From Malacoraja senta (lineage: Eukaryota), in contig CM075978.1 of the NCBI GenBank assembly GCA_038087875.1, positions 169,632,001-169,696,000 on the forward strand: 64,000 nt of DNA. Reading direction: 5' to 3'. Positions within the stretch are counted from its first letter, which is position 1. The number at the start of each line of letters is the position of its first letter. A model generated the notes under the pieces. That model did no database searches and had not been told where the DNA came from. It saw only the letters and a list, made by a program, of their open reading frames with translations. The position numbers and the translations under genes were made by a program. This document shows, piece after piece, positions 51,306-64,000 of the stretch.

Positions 51306-53945
51306 CTAATGAAAACAAAAGATATATCATGTTAAATTCTGATGGCGTTTTAAGTGGTACAATGATTTCCTGGTTGTAACTGACTGGAAGTATCACAATT
51401 CTTAATTTAAATCCCTGACACTGTGAAGAAGACAATCAACCAAATGAAAGGAGACTTTTTTTCTGGATCCATTGATAGATGTGATTTAATTCAAGAATAT
51501 TTAAAACAAGATTGGGTAGATCTGCAGTTGGAGAGATGGGACTGCTCGGAGAACTGGCAGAGACTCTACGGGCCAAATGGTCTCCTTCTGTCATAGAAAA
51601 AATGAGGGAAGAGAAATATGATAGCTGACAAAAATCCATTCCATTTTCGATATGGCATTCAGACAGAAAGTCACAGATAGTACTCACACTAGTACGAATG
51701 AGTGTGTTTAGTTTGTCAGAACACAATTTGAAGGGAGTATTTTCATGGCTCGCACATCATTACAGAGCGGGGGTGTTCAGCTAATTGGTCCAGAATGCAA
51801 ACATTTTGCTTTAAGCATTTATTATCAAATAAACTCATCGGTTAATTATATGGTAACAATTACCCTGCTGCTTTCTTGCATTTCAAATAGACAATTAGAG
51901 ATAGCACTCTGGAATGTTAGTACTCTGCAATATTATTTTGCAACTTTTCCTGTAAAAGTGTTAATATTGTATTTAATAGTTAAAGCTGCGAAGATTAAAT
52001 GTTGGGTGTGCACTTTGAAAAGCGAATCTACTAGTTTAATTTAGTTTAGTTTAGACACAGCATGGATACAGGCCCTTTGGCTCACCGAGCCCACGCTGAC
52101 CATCGATCGCTCGTTTAGACTAGTTCTGTTATCCTACTTTCTCATCCACTCCCTACACACTAGAGACAATTTACAAATACTAATTAACCTAAAAACCTGC
52201 TCGGCTTTTGGGAGATGTGGGTGGAAACCGGAGCACCCGGAAGAAACCCATGTGGTCACAGGGCGTGCAAACTCCACACAAACAGCACCCAGATCGGACT
52301 CGGGTCTCTGGCGCTGTGAGGCAGCGGCTCTACCTGCTGTACCACTGTGTCGCCCTAAATTGTTTATTGAGTTTACACTACTTAAACCATTTCCCATCGC
52401 TTGCATGCATCAACATATTTTCATTCCTTTCACAGCCATCTGTTTATTGATTTTGCTTGTACATATAAGCTATTTGCTTTAAATATTCCCAGTAGCAGCG
52501 AGATCCACATTATAAGTGCACTCTGGGTAAAGCACAAATTTGAGAATTGAGTAAAATTTATCCATGCAGCAATGAGCTATTAATCTTCTTGACTGAATAT
52601 TGCCATATCAGGGACATGGTATAATAAAATAATGCAGCAGCTGTTGTTTGTACAAAAACAGAATGCAGTGGCTGAAACAAGTGATATAAAAGATTGTTCT
52701 CAAACTAAAGGTTTGTGTCATCTGACGGGTTCCTATGGCAGGATCATCAATTTGTAAAGTTGGCTCAGTCAGATGCTGCCTGACCGATTTCCGAAGACTA
52801 GGTTATTCTCTATTGCAGAGTTCAAGAATTGTTTCTCTCTCTTTCATCTCCCTCTATTTACATCTTCTCTAGATGGATTGAATAGTGAAAGGCCTGGATT
52901 GAGTGAACGTGGAGGGGATGTTTCCACTAGTGGGAGAGTCTAGGACCAGAGGCCATACCTCAGAATAAAAGGATGAACCTTCAGAAAAGAAATTAGGAGA
53001 AATTTCTCTAGTTAGAGGGTGGTGAATCTGTGGAAGCCAAGTCACTGGATATTTTTAAGGCGGGAATTGAGATTCTTGATTAGTAAGGGAATCAGGGGTT
53101 ATGGGGAGAAGGCAGGAGAATAGAGTTGAGAGGGAAAGACAGATCAGCCATGATTGAATGGAGTAGTAGACTTGAAGGGCCGATTGGCCTAATTCTGCTC
53201 CTAGAACTTCTGATCTTATGAAGATAAGTTGCAATGAACTAGTCTTCAACTCTTTCTCTCAGCCTGAATCCACAGTATTTGTGTAATTTACTCTACAGTC
53301 GACATACTGTCATGGATATTCCCCCCAGTTCTTTAGACTGCTCCCCTCTCTGCAACTTAGCACATCATGTTTTCTGATATTTTTCTAGTTCTGATGAAAA
53401 TTCATCCATCTAAAACATTACTCTAGAGTTCACGTACAAAGTAGAACTGCTAGTGGGAATATTTAAAGGATTATAGCATATATGTATAAGCAAAGTCAAT
53501 AAACAGATGACTGTGAAAATAATGCAAAAAATGTTGATGCATGTAAGTGAAGTGACAAGGTTTAAGTGCAGCGTAAACTCAATAAATATAATGGTCTGAT
53601 GTAAGCTATTTCCTTTAGTGTGAACTAAAATTAGAGCTAGATCATTCAGAACCAAAACCAGGAACTACAATGTGTAAGAAGAAATGGCAGGTGCTGGTTT
53701 AACACCGAAGATAGACACAAAATGCTGGTGTAACTCAGCGGGACAGGCAGCATTTCTGAAGAGAAGCAATGGTTGACGTTTTGGGTCGAGACCATTTGTC
53801 AGGATCTGCAATCTTGCACAAATGGTTGCAGATATGTGGGATTTTATATCAAAAGTTGTACAAGCTTCATTGATAGAAATGCACAACATTGAGATGAAAT
53901 CATTTTTGTTTAGCAAAACAATCAATGCACTAAGAAGTAAAAGCA

Positions 53946-54074
53946 GTGTGAAAGAAGGAACTGCAGATGCTGGTTTAAACCAAAGATAGACACAAAAAGC
54001 TGGAGTAACTCAACGGGACAGGCAGCATCTCTGGAGAGAAGAATGGGTGATATTTCGGCTCAAGACCCTTCTTC
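53946..54074 (-). mobile_element. Short Penelope-derived hammerhead unit
   Basis: TSD AGAAGTAAAAGCA / AGAAGCAAAAGCA; the element boundary falls at the CTGAAG core. Confidence 0.7.
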
Positions 54075-54094
54075 AGAAGCAAAAGCAAATGGAG

Positions 54095-54322
54095 TTCTGG
54101 AACTCTCTGCCACAGAGGGTAGTTGAGGCCAGTTCATTGGCTATATTTAAGAGGGAGTTAGATGTGGCCCTTGTGGCTAAAGGGATCAGGGGGTATGGAG
54201 AGAAGGCAGGTACGGGATACTGAGTTGGATGATCAGCCATGATCATATTGAATGGCGGTGCAGGCTCGAAGGGCCGAATGGCCTACTCCTGCACCTATTT
54301 TCTATGTATCTATGTATCTATG
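54095..54322 (+). mobile_element. Young CR1 3' end
   Basis: Nearly identical to 41543-41767. Confidence 0.9.
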
Positions 54323-56603
54323 AGTTAAGTACACCGAACGGGCAAATGGTCTACTCCCAACAATATAGTTTTGGAGTTAATAGTTTTGTGATTCTGTCTG
54401 CATTTGTTCATATTTGTATGCCTTTACTATAATTCCTCCTTATATTTTACATCATGACTTTTCAACCATTCCTTCTGCCTCCAATACCAGTGTTTACACT
54501 TTTCAACATTACTCTTGCTCAAAAATGCCAATTAAAGGAACCTCCTTTCGCTCTATTGCCTTGAAGCATATCATTGCCGTATTACAATCTCATCTTATTT
54601 ATTTATTCTTCCATCAATTCCATTCCCCTGGAGGCTTTTTAATGCATAACTGCAATATTTGATGCCAACAAGCTAGGTACGATGATTTGTCATGGGATGT
54701 CAGCATCATCCACTTTACATAGAGTAGGAAAAGACTATGTGGCCCACCATCCCTGTATTATTCTTGTCATTAATCTCTAAAGGGTGCAGGGAAGAAATAT
54801 AAGGATGTTGCCAAGACTCGAGAGCCTGAGCTGCAGGGAGAGGTGGGGCAGGCTAGGACTTCATTCCTTGGAGTGCAGGAAGCTACGGGGTGATCTTAGT
54901 GTGTAAGATCATGAGGAGAGTATATCGGGTGAATGCAGTCTTTTCCCAAAAATAGAGGAATCAAGAATCAGAGGACATGTTCCCTGAGGGAAGTTTTAAT
55001 TAATAGGAACTTGAGAGACAATTTTTTCAATCTGAGAATAGTGAATATATGGACCGAGCTGCCAGAGGAGGTAGTTGAGGCTGGTTGAAGGATATTTTAA
55101 AAACATTTGGACAACTAATTGGACAGGAAAGGTTTGTGGAATATGGGCCAAATGGGACTAACTGAGATGGGGCATCATGGTTGCGTGGGCTGGTTGGGCT
55201 GAAGAGCCTGTTCCGTGCTGTATTATTCTATTCCATCCAATTCCTACTCTTTCTCTGTAACCCTTAAAAATAATCCCCTTCAAACGTGTGCAAATCCAAT
55301 TAGACAATTGCAACAGAATCTATCCTTTTAAGCAGTTTATTCTACATATAACATTGTTTCAATAAAGAACAATCCTTATCTGCTTACTGCCTTTTATTCT
55401 AATTTTGGCAAGCTATGACAATGTGCACTTCATCCAAGGCTGAAGACTGCAGATTCATATTATTCATATATATACATACATACAACATATCACTTATTTA
55501 ATATTACAAACATATTAAATATTTACTGATCCCTCTATTTAAGAAATCAGTGAAACTACAATGGATTGTGGATTTTTTTGATTTGTTTATAAAAACAATT
55601 CAGGCATTGATACTCACAAACCAGGAAATTATTCTATTTACATGAGTTACACTCCCATGTGTCAATCTTAATTCAAATCTTTTCCAGAAATTCAAAATAC
55701 TGCTGGCCTACACTAGAGTCATCACACTAACTGCATCCTTGGACAAAGCACACTCGTTAATCCGAACCCTAAAATTGGCAAATGATGCAAAAAGTTGGGG
55801 ACAAGTCCTCTGGTGTAATAATAGTATCTCATTTTTAATCCTGATCTCTCAGTTGTCATGAAGCTGAATTGAAGTATTGTGCTAATTCTTTTCTTACTAA
55901 TTTAGTTTGACATTACTTATGCATAATTCACTTCTGGCACCGTTAAATCAATTAAAACTGTAATGGTTTCTCTAAAGAACAAAGCTTATAAATGCCTTCA
56001 ACAGCCACAGCCATATTTCAAACCTCCAGATCAAAAATGTGTTGCTTGAATACTTGGTAAAGTATAATTTGTGTATTTTGTGACTATATAAATTGGGATG
56101 TTTAATCAATGATATTTCACATTAGTGAATAAAAATATAAATTATCCAGACATTATTCCTACTCTACTTGGAATGTTAGTATAGGAGGTTCCCCATGTTA
56201 CGTAGAGAAATCTGACTTTCTGCAAATTCTATCACATATCTTTATGGCATTTTTAAACTAGTGATAATAATATGCTTCTGGTATTTACTAATGATTGGAT
56301 ACAAAATATAGTTAATTAGTTTAATTATGGATATTCAGGTGATTATTCACTGAAATGATGATAATAGATGTATGCAGAGTAATATAATATGGAATATAGA
56401 ATTAGTGGACTCAGCGGGTCAGACAGCATCTCTAGATAAAATGGACAGGTGACATTTCGGGTGGGGACCCTTCTCAGAGACATTCATTTATTATCACGTG
56501 TACGGAGGTACAGTGAAAAATCTTTTATTGTGGCAAAATATCCTGAGGCCTTTCCCAGGAACATTTTCAACATGTTGACACAATGCCACATCATCACATG
56601 TAA

Positions 56604-57165
56604 AGGCTCTGTCTCACGGTGTTGCGGTCATCGGCGGTGAAGCGCGGCGTCGCCGGTAGAGGGGACTGCACGGCAACGGCGAGCGCCGAGCCTATGCCAC
56701 GGGAGCGCCGCACGGGTGCTGCGCGGGGGCCGAGTGATTTAGTCCCACGAGCTTGCGGTAAGTAAAAAAAAAGGGCGGCCCGACTGCGATGACGTCATTT
56801 TGGATCTGCGGGGCTGTGGTGGCGGCCGTGCTGATCGTGGCGCTGTGCCGGCAGCCGTGCGGCACACGTGCCTCACTGGCGGAGGCTGTGGCGGCGGTCG
56901 TGCCTCACTGGCGGAGGCTGTGGCGGTGCAAGTTCGACGCACGGCGCTCGTGCCCCACTGGCGACGGCTGTGGCGGCGGCCGTGCCTCACTGGCGGCGGC
57001 TGTGCGGTAGGAAAAGTTTTTTGAACAGTGTTGGTTTTATTTTAGCACCGTGCGGTGTTGGGAACAACGCCGCACGGCCCCGGAATTGTGATAATATGGC
57101 GGCCCAGGAGTGGTAGATTCTTCCTGTTTCGCCGCCAATGACCGCAGACTCGTGAGACAGGCCTT
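56604..57165. mobile_element. CpG-rich PIF/Harbinger-like MITE in NUDT7 intron 1
   Basis: About 38-bp imperfect TIRs AGGCTCTGTCTCACGGTGTTGCGGTCATCGGCGG and CGCCAATGACCGCAGACTCGTGAGACAGGCCTT; flanks TAA/TTA; internal ~31-bp repeats CGTGCCTCACTGGCGGAGGCTGTGGCGG. Confidence 0.8.
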
Positions 57166-59785
57166 TTAGGGTAAATGATCAAAACCTCAGTCCGTTTTAA
57201 GGAACAAGGTGGTGAGTTTTTTTTGCTACAATTAAATAGCTGCCAATGTTACAGCCAGCCATCTTATGCAGTAGCTAATTCAGAACTTTGATGTCAGGGC
57301 ATTTATGAGACAAGTGACTTTGAATATCATTGTCTAGCATTTGTTTTCCTTGATTATTAATTGTCTTTATCAGTCCAAGCTTGCATGTTGTACAGGGTCT
57401 GAAATGCATGCATGGGCTGCTTCATTGTCAGAGGATCCACAAACACATTACAATCTTCAGCGACATCCCACATTTGATTTTGTGATGTAGCAAGCTCATT
57501 GATGAAGCAATGTACGATGGGTACTATTCAATTTAACTGAGTAGGTTGCTAGGCTACTTCAGAAGGCAGGTTAAGAAAAAATCTTTTGTCTGAAGTCAAT
57601 TAACAAACCAGCAGTGGTGGATGTTGTCTATATGAACTATATTGACAAGATACCACATGGTAGTCTGCTCTGGAAGGTTAAATTGCATGAGGTTCAGACA
57701 AAGCTAATTGGAGACATAATTGGCTTGATACTAGAAAACAGAGGCTGAGATGATGGTTGAAGGTTGTTTTTCGAATTGGAGGACTTGTTTGCTATTTATT
57801 TAAACAATTTGGATGAGAATGCACAAGGGATGGTTAGCAAGTCTGCCGTTGACAACAAAATAGGAGGTATCCAGAAATTTGTCAAAAATTACAGCCGTAT
57901 CTTGATCAGTTGGGTAAATTGGCCGGTGAATGGCAAATGCTGTACAATTCAGGTAAGTGTCAAGTGTTTTTGCAAAGTCAAACCTGGATGAGACTTTCAT
58001 TGTGAATGTTAGGGCCCTGGGCAGTGCTGCAAAACAGAGAGACTAAGAAGTACAATTATGTAGCTCTCTAAGAGTGGCGTCACAAATAGTCAGGGCGGTG
58101 AAGGCATTTGGCACACTGACCTTCTGAGTCAGGGCATCAAATACTTGAGGAGATTTTGCAGCGATATCTCTCGTTTCCCTTTCCCTTGACTCTCAGTCTG
58201 AAGAAGTATCTCGACCTGAAATGTCACCTATCCTTTTCTGCAAAGATGCTGCCTGACCCGCTGGAGTTACTCCAGCTTTTTTGTGTCTTTGAATACAAAA
58301 ATTGGGATGTTAAATTGAAATTGTACAAGACATTGGTGAGGCCACCCTGGAGTCCTGTGCATAGTTTTGGTTACCCTGCTGGAGGGTAGGGTTTAAGGAG
58401 TGCAAAGAAGATTTTTTAGAATGTGGCTAGAGGACCTGAGTTATAAGGAGAGGTTAGGCAAACAGGTGATCGATGGTCAGTGGACACGGTGGGCCTGGGA
58501 GGTTTTCCATGCTGTTGCTTTCAACCGATCAATCAATCAAGCTGGATGTTATTCCCTGGTGTTTTGGAGATTATATGGCGACTTTATAAAGAGTTGGGCA
58601 GGCTGGACTAGGTGTCCTTTTCTGCTCATCATTTCATTTTAATTATCTCATGTTCCTCGAGTTCAAATCAAGGCAGGGAAGCCAGAAGCGGAACATTCGG
58701 GTCCACAAGTGATCAAAGCAGGGATGATGAGGCATACCAGGATGATGGTAGCAGCAGGACGCTTATGCAGAGATCAATTATCAAGGGATATAAGATTATA
58801 TTGGAGCAGAATTATGCCATCTGGCCCATTGAGTCTGCTCCACCATGGATCACATACAGGAAGATGAGATTAGTTGGCCTCATGTTTGGAACAGGCATTG
58901 TGGGCCAAAGAACATATTCTTGTGCTGTGCTATTCTAAGTTCAAAGACAAAGGTGAAATAGAATCATAGTCATACAGTATGGAAACAGACCCTTCGACCC
59001 TATTTGCCCATGACCCACCTACACTAGTCTCACCTGCCTGTGTTTGGCCCATATCCCTCTAAATCTATCCTATCCATGTACCAGTCCAAATGCTTCTTAA
59101 ATGTTGCGATAGTACCTGCCTCAACTACCTCCTCCAGTAGCTCGTTCCATATACCCACCATCCTTTGTGTTAAAAAGTTGCCTCTCGAGTTCCTATTCAA
59201 TGCAACACTATACCTGGTGTAGGTATCTGTTCCAAATCTCGCCTCAGGTTCAAGTCTAAGACCAAGCTTGCCAACATTCTCAATGTGTATTTAATATCAA
59301 CAAGGAATTGTAAGCAGATATACTGAAATATTAAAGTAAAATGCTAGAAACGTTCAGCGGGATTAGGTTAAGGGATTAATTGCCATATAGAAATTGGAGG
59401 AGAAATGTTGCTAAACCGAGGATTGTTATTCTCCAACCCAGATGGCCGTGAATATTCTGCTGTTCTGCATAATCAAGGATGAGAAGAATATCTTTTTGGA
59501 AACTTGGTTTCACGGGATATTGAGATCCGTCTAAGTAAAGTAAACTTGAGGCACAAGATTTACCATGAGATCTTTTTAAATAATGTAGCAGAATTATGGA
59601 GCTGAATAATCAACACTGACGTTTTATGTTCTTACGAGGTGCAACGTGATGTCATGCAGCGAGTTTGTTAAAGACTCCCTCTACCTCCATCCCTTCTCAT
59701 CCTTTCCCTCACCTCCCATCCGCCACCACTCACCACCCTCCCTGCCCCCCCCGACCCCTCGGCTGCCCTCACAGAGCAAATAGCG

Positions 59786-59985
59786 NNNNNNNNNNNNNNN
59801 NNNNNNNNNNNNNNNNNNNNNNNNNNNNNNNNNNNNNNNNNNNNNNNNNNNNNNNNNNNNNNNNNNNNNNNNNNNNNNNNNNNNNNNNNNNNNNNNNNNN
59901 NNNNNNNNNNNNNNNNNNNNNNNNNNNNNNNNNNNNNNNNNNNNNNNNNNNNNNNNNNNNNNNNNNNNNNNNNNNNNNNNNNNNN
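59786..59985. other. Assembly gap (200 N)
   Basis: Run of N. Confidence 1.
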
Positions 59986-60642
59986 CTCCACCACAGTCTC
60001 TCCCCTCCACCACACTCTCCCCCTCCACCACACACTCTCTCCCCCTCCACCACACTCTCTCCCCCTCCACCACAGTCTCTCCCCCTCCACCACACTCTCC
60101 CCCTCCACCACACACTCTCTCCCCCTCCACCACACTCTCTCCCCCTCCACCACAGTCTCTCCCCCTCCACCACAGTCTCCCCCTCCACCACACACTCTCT
60201 CCCCCTCCACCACACTCTCTCCCCCTCCACCACACTCTCTCCCTCCACCACACACTCTCCCCCCTCCACCACACTCTCTCCCTCCACCACACTCTCTCCC
60301 CCTCCACCACACTCTCCCCCTCCACCACACACTCTCTCCCCCTCCACCACACTCTCTCCCCCTCCACCACAGTCTCTCCCCCTCCACCACAGTCTCCCCC
60401 TCCACCACACACTCTCTCCCCCTCCACCACACTCTCTCCCCCTCCACCACAGTCTCTCCCCCTCCACCACAGTCTCCCCCTCCACCACACTCTCTCTCCC
60501 CCTCCACCACACACTCTCTCCCCTCCACCACACACTCTCTCCCCCTCCACCACACTCTCTCCCCCTCCACCACACTCTCTCCCCCTCCACCACACACTCT
60601 CTCCCCCTCCACCACAGTCTCTCCCCCTCCACCACACACTCT
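59986..60642. repeat. 18-22 bp variant minisatellite (CCCCCTCCACCACACTCTCT)n at the start of NUDT7 intron 1
   Basis: Read directly; runs into the gap, so the true length is unknown. Confidence 0.97.
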
Positions 60643-60645
60643 CAC

Positions 60646-60681
60646 CGTACACCGGCCCATCCGCTGGAGTCGCGCCTCCAT
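60646..60681 (-). CDS. NUDT7: Probable NUDT7 coding exon 1 (MEARLQRMG...), phase conflict with exon 2 as assembled
   Basis: ATG in strong context (ACAATGG) within a CpG island; strong donor CG|GTGAGA at 60645. It gives 36 nt where 3n+2 is needed. Confidence 0.6.
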
Positions 60682-60820
60682 TGTCGTCGCCGCCGCTGCT
60701 CGGGGTCAGTCCGGACGCTGCTGTGGCGGCGCACAGTCGACGTCACCGCACTGCGGCGCGGCCTTCGGACGTCAGAGAGCGCGGCCTGCGCCCCCCGGCG
60801 GTGACGGAGAGCGGTGCAGT
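60646..60820 (-). promoter_or_regulatory. CpG-island promoter and 5' UTR of NUDT7 with two CRE-like TGACGTC sites
   Basis: Very high CpG density; GACGTCA at 60739-60745 and 60768-60774. Confidence 0.65.
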
Positions 60821-60827
60821 GAAAGTG

Positions 60828-61017
60828 TCAGGGAGGGGGGTCAGAGAAAGGGGGAGAAGGGTTCAGGGGAAGGGGAGTCAGAGGGAGGGGGAGGAGGGGG
60901 TCAGAGAAAGGGGGAGGAGAAGGGTTCAGGGGAAGGGGGAGAAGGGTTCGGGGAAGGGGGAGTCAGAGGGAGGGGGTCAGAGGAGGGGGTTAGGGAGAGG
61001 GGGAGGAGGGGGTCAGG
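60828..61017 (+). repeat. G-rich degenerate repeat (GGGGTCAGAG/GGGTTCAGGGGAA) upstream of NUDT7
   Basis: Read directly from the sequence. Confidence 0.85.
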
Positions 61018-61224
61018 AAGTGGGATACACAGCAAAGGTTTACACAAGATAGACACAAAATGCTGGAGTAACTCAGGCAGCTAGAAGGAATGGGTGACTT
61101 TTCGGGTCGAGACACTTCTTCAGACTCCGACGATCAAAATTTACTCACACGACACTCGTCGAATTCATTAACACGGCTCCAATGAGACAGTAATAAATGA
61201 TGCAATGAATGTCAAGAGTTTGGA

Positions 61225-61446
61225 GTGTGAATGGTTCAATGGTACGCGACTGAATGATGCAGGAGTCAATTGGTACAAGAGTGAATGGTTCAAGTGTCAG
61301 CGGTTCAAGAGTCAATGGTTTTAGAGACAATGTTACAGTGGTACAAGAGACAATGGTACAAGAGACTGGTACAAGTCAATGGTTCAAGAGTCAATGGTTT
61401 TAGAGACAATGTTACAAGTCAATGGTTCAAGGGTCAATGATTCAAC
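61225..61446. repeat. Degenerate ~15-bp tandem array (GTCAATGGTTCAAGA)
   Basis: Repeated CAATGGT(T/A)CAAG units with a higher-order duplication. Confidence 0.8.
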
Positions 61447-63308
61447 ATGACAATGAAGTACCATTGAACTACTATCTCACACTTCTGACTGCTGCCATCA
61501 GGGTGGAGGTACAAAAGCATTCGGTTCAGGAACAGCTATTCACCTAGAACCCTCAGGTTCTTAAACAGTGCTGCACAACACAAACATTGCCTTGTCACTG
61601 GAATACTGCATACCAACTCATACAATTTATTTTCAGGTTGTATTTGGCACTAATATTTTGTTTGTTTTTTGCAGTCTTTCCTTCCATTATCTTGTAGGGT
61701 ATGTATAATTCATGCTTTTGTGTTACCCGAGTCGATGATGTTGCTGCAAGCAACATTTTCATTGTACTTGTGCCTCATTTTCAGTCTGAAAGGTCTCGAC
61801 CCAAAATGTCACCCATTCCTTCTCTCCAGAGGGGATGCCTGTCCCATTGAGTTACTCCCTGTCCCATTGAGTTACTCCAGCATTTTGTGCCTATCATCAT
61901 TTTCCTTGCGACAATAAATTTGACTTAACAACACCTTGCACAATCAGAATGACCGAGTCGGTCAAAGGTTTCATTAATAAATGCACTCTAATTGTAGACA
62001 CTCCCATCTGACTGGATAACACACGAGCAACCAGTGTCAAGTCACTTTTGTTCTGTTGTATGATTTTATTGCAGATGCATTTTTTGCTGTTCATTAACAT
62101 ACTTTAATAAAAAGAATACATTATTAGTTCACAATTCTATACCAACATCGAAATAGCATACATGATCAAAAATGTACTACGGAGGTACATAATGGCATTA
62201 CTTTGGTGCATTCCTAATTTGAATGCTCAGTGTGCAGTATTCAATGGAAACAGAATCACAGCTTGCGATCTCATTAAAAAGTGGGTCTGCACGTGGAAGT
62301 ATTTGAGCAGTTTAAATACATGCAGTGATATAGAACATGCTGATGAATATTACACCCTCTACAAATATTTCTAAAAAGGCAGCCAAAGTAACAAAGCAAC
62401 ATTAGCAAAGGGAATAGAATGATGTACAATTGTTTATAATAAGGAACTGGTTTATACCAAAGACACACACTAAGTGCTGGAGTAATTCAGCGAGTTAGGC
62501 ACCATCTCTGGAGAACATGGCATGGTGAAACTTTGAGGGTGCCGACCTGAAACATCACCTATCCACGTTATCCTAGGACGCTGCCTGACCCGCTGAATTA
62601 CTCCAGCATTTGGCATACAAGCATTTCCTGGGTTGGAGGGGATTTACAGTTGTGTAATGATTCATAACATTTGTTTGATACAATTGGATTCATGATGCTC
62701 CTGTCTTTTAGTTTAGTTTAGTGAAACAGGCCATTCGGCCCACTGAGTCCACACCGACCATCGATCAACCATTCACATTTGTTTTATGTTTTCCAACTTT
62801 CTCATCCACTCCCTAGACACCAGGGAGTTAATTAACCTACAAACCCACAGAACATTGGGATATGGGTGGAAACTGGAGCACCCGGAGGAAACACATGCAG
62901 TCACGGGGTGAATATGCAAACTCCACACCTACAGCACCCGAGGTCAGGATCAAACCCGGTCTCTGGCACAGTGGGGCAACAGCTCTATCAACTGCACCAC
63001 TGTGCCGCCGTGTCATCACCCTCTCAGGGATTTCCTGAAGTACTTCATGGTTCAAGTGCTGTGGATGCCCTATCACCAATGGGCAAATCCCAGCAGCCGA
63101 TTATCACACACAGCAAGATCCCACAAACAGCAATGTTTCACCTTTCATGGGGACAAACGATCAAGATCAGATATGTCCCTCATGTCTCATCCGCCCCGTC
63201 ACCATGGCAACTCCTCAGCTAGGATTCAGTATTTGTGTCTCTGGATGTGATGTGCATCCTCAAAAATATACAAATGGGGCTTAGGTTTCAGTTAAATGCG
63301 ACAGCACA

Positions 63309-63612
63309 GGGCGGCACAGTGGCAGAGTTGCTGTCTACAACGTCAGAGATCCAGGTTCGATCCTGACTACCGATGCTGTCTGTACGGAGTTTGTACGTTG
63401 TCATTGTGACCATGTGGGTTTTCTCTGGGTGCTCCGGTTTCCTCCCATATTCCAAAGACGTGCAGGTTTGTAGATTAATTGGGTTCAGTAAAATTGTACA
63501 TTTTCTCTAGTGTGTAGGATAGTGCGAGTGTACGAGGTGATTGCTGGTCAACACGGACTCGGTGGGCCGAAAGGCCTGTTTCCACGCTGTAGCTCTACAG
63601 ACTAAAGTAAAG
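63309..63612 (+). mobile_element. HE1/V-SINE (one of more than 20 copies in the window, many not listed)
   Basis: Head GGGCGGCACAGTGG, B box GGTTCGATCC, V core, tail. Confidence 0.85.
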
Positions 63613-64000
63613 TCTGTCTGATATGTGACTTTCTGTGAAAATCACACCTGCACATTTTTTAGGAGGTTCTGTTCTCTTGCCTCTCCTTGTAAATCTTCTC
63701 TGCACCTTGCCCAGTCGAGGAACCTTTATTCTTTGGTTAAGCATCATTCTTTGCATTGATGTTGCTTTCAGTAAGATCAGTAAAAATATCTAAATCATGC
63801 TTGAAATTTGCACATTAGTCCTGACACCAAAACAGAAGCAATGCTTTATTTGGCATACTTAGTCTGGAGTGTTACAGCAGAGAAGCAGGCCCTTCGGCCC
63901 ATTGAGTCTATGTTGACCGTTAACCACTAATCCTACATCAACCCATTTTTTATTCCCCCTAGATATTCATCAACTCCTCCCAGAGTCTACCACTCTGCTA

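Noticed and set aside
51436-51726. 96-aa minus-strand ORF near exon 2 as the NUDT7 N-terminus
   Set aside because: It starts at TTG and includes a repeat-tail fragment; the nearby GTGAGT donor has a stop codon upstream in the required phase.
57497-57541. C/D-box snoRNA-like TGATGA...CTGA
   Set aside because: Too short, antisense to the host gene, and lacking a convincing terminal stem.
59214-59322. Possible extra NUDT7 exon (tttcAG...CAG|GTATAG, 109 nt, open in phase 0)
   Set aside because: It ends in phase 1 while exon 2 needs phase 2, and the peptide does not resemble NUDT7. It could only be a non-productive cassette; unsupported without RNA data.
59665-60804. Long ORFs of 288-379 aa on both strands
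   Set aside because: They are stop-free translations of a minisatellite spanning a 200-N gap.

Overview
Repeat-rich vertebrate genomic DNA; the repeat families (HE1/V-SINE, CR1/HER1-like, Rex1-like, Penelope-like) point to a cartilaginous fish, probably a skate or ray. There are two protein-coding genes, both on the minus strand and in the same tandem order as in human. NUDT7 (peroxisomal CoA diphosphatase) has clear exons at 51152-51305, 39205-39363 and 36675-37028 ending in PTS1 -SKL, and a probable first exon in a CpG island at 60646-60681. VAT1L contributes only its first coding exon (4018-4225) and continues off the left edge. Both GC-rich first exons show a one-base frame problem, most likely assembly indels. 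The rest is mostly nested transposable elements. The most striking hidden signal is roughly two dozen copies, on both strands, of a minimal hammerhead-ribozyme-like motif (CTGAAGA-stemII-GAAACGTC). It sits in Penelope-derived repeats, and several copies are stand-alone 87-130 bp insertions with 13-16 bp target-site duplications. Also present: a double-5'-end non-autonomous Helitron with promoter-like cassettes, a 2.8 kb Academ-like TIR element, Harbinger-like and hAT-like MITEs, a solo-LTR-like element, a TIR element holding telomeric repeats, and a 200-N gap next to a G-rich minisatellite at the NUDT7 exon 1 donor. Most long ORFs in the supplied track are repeat artefacts.
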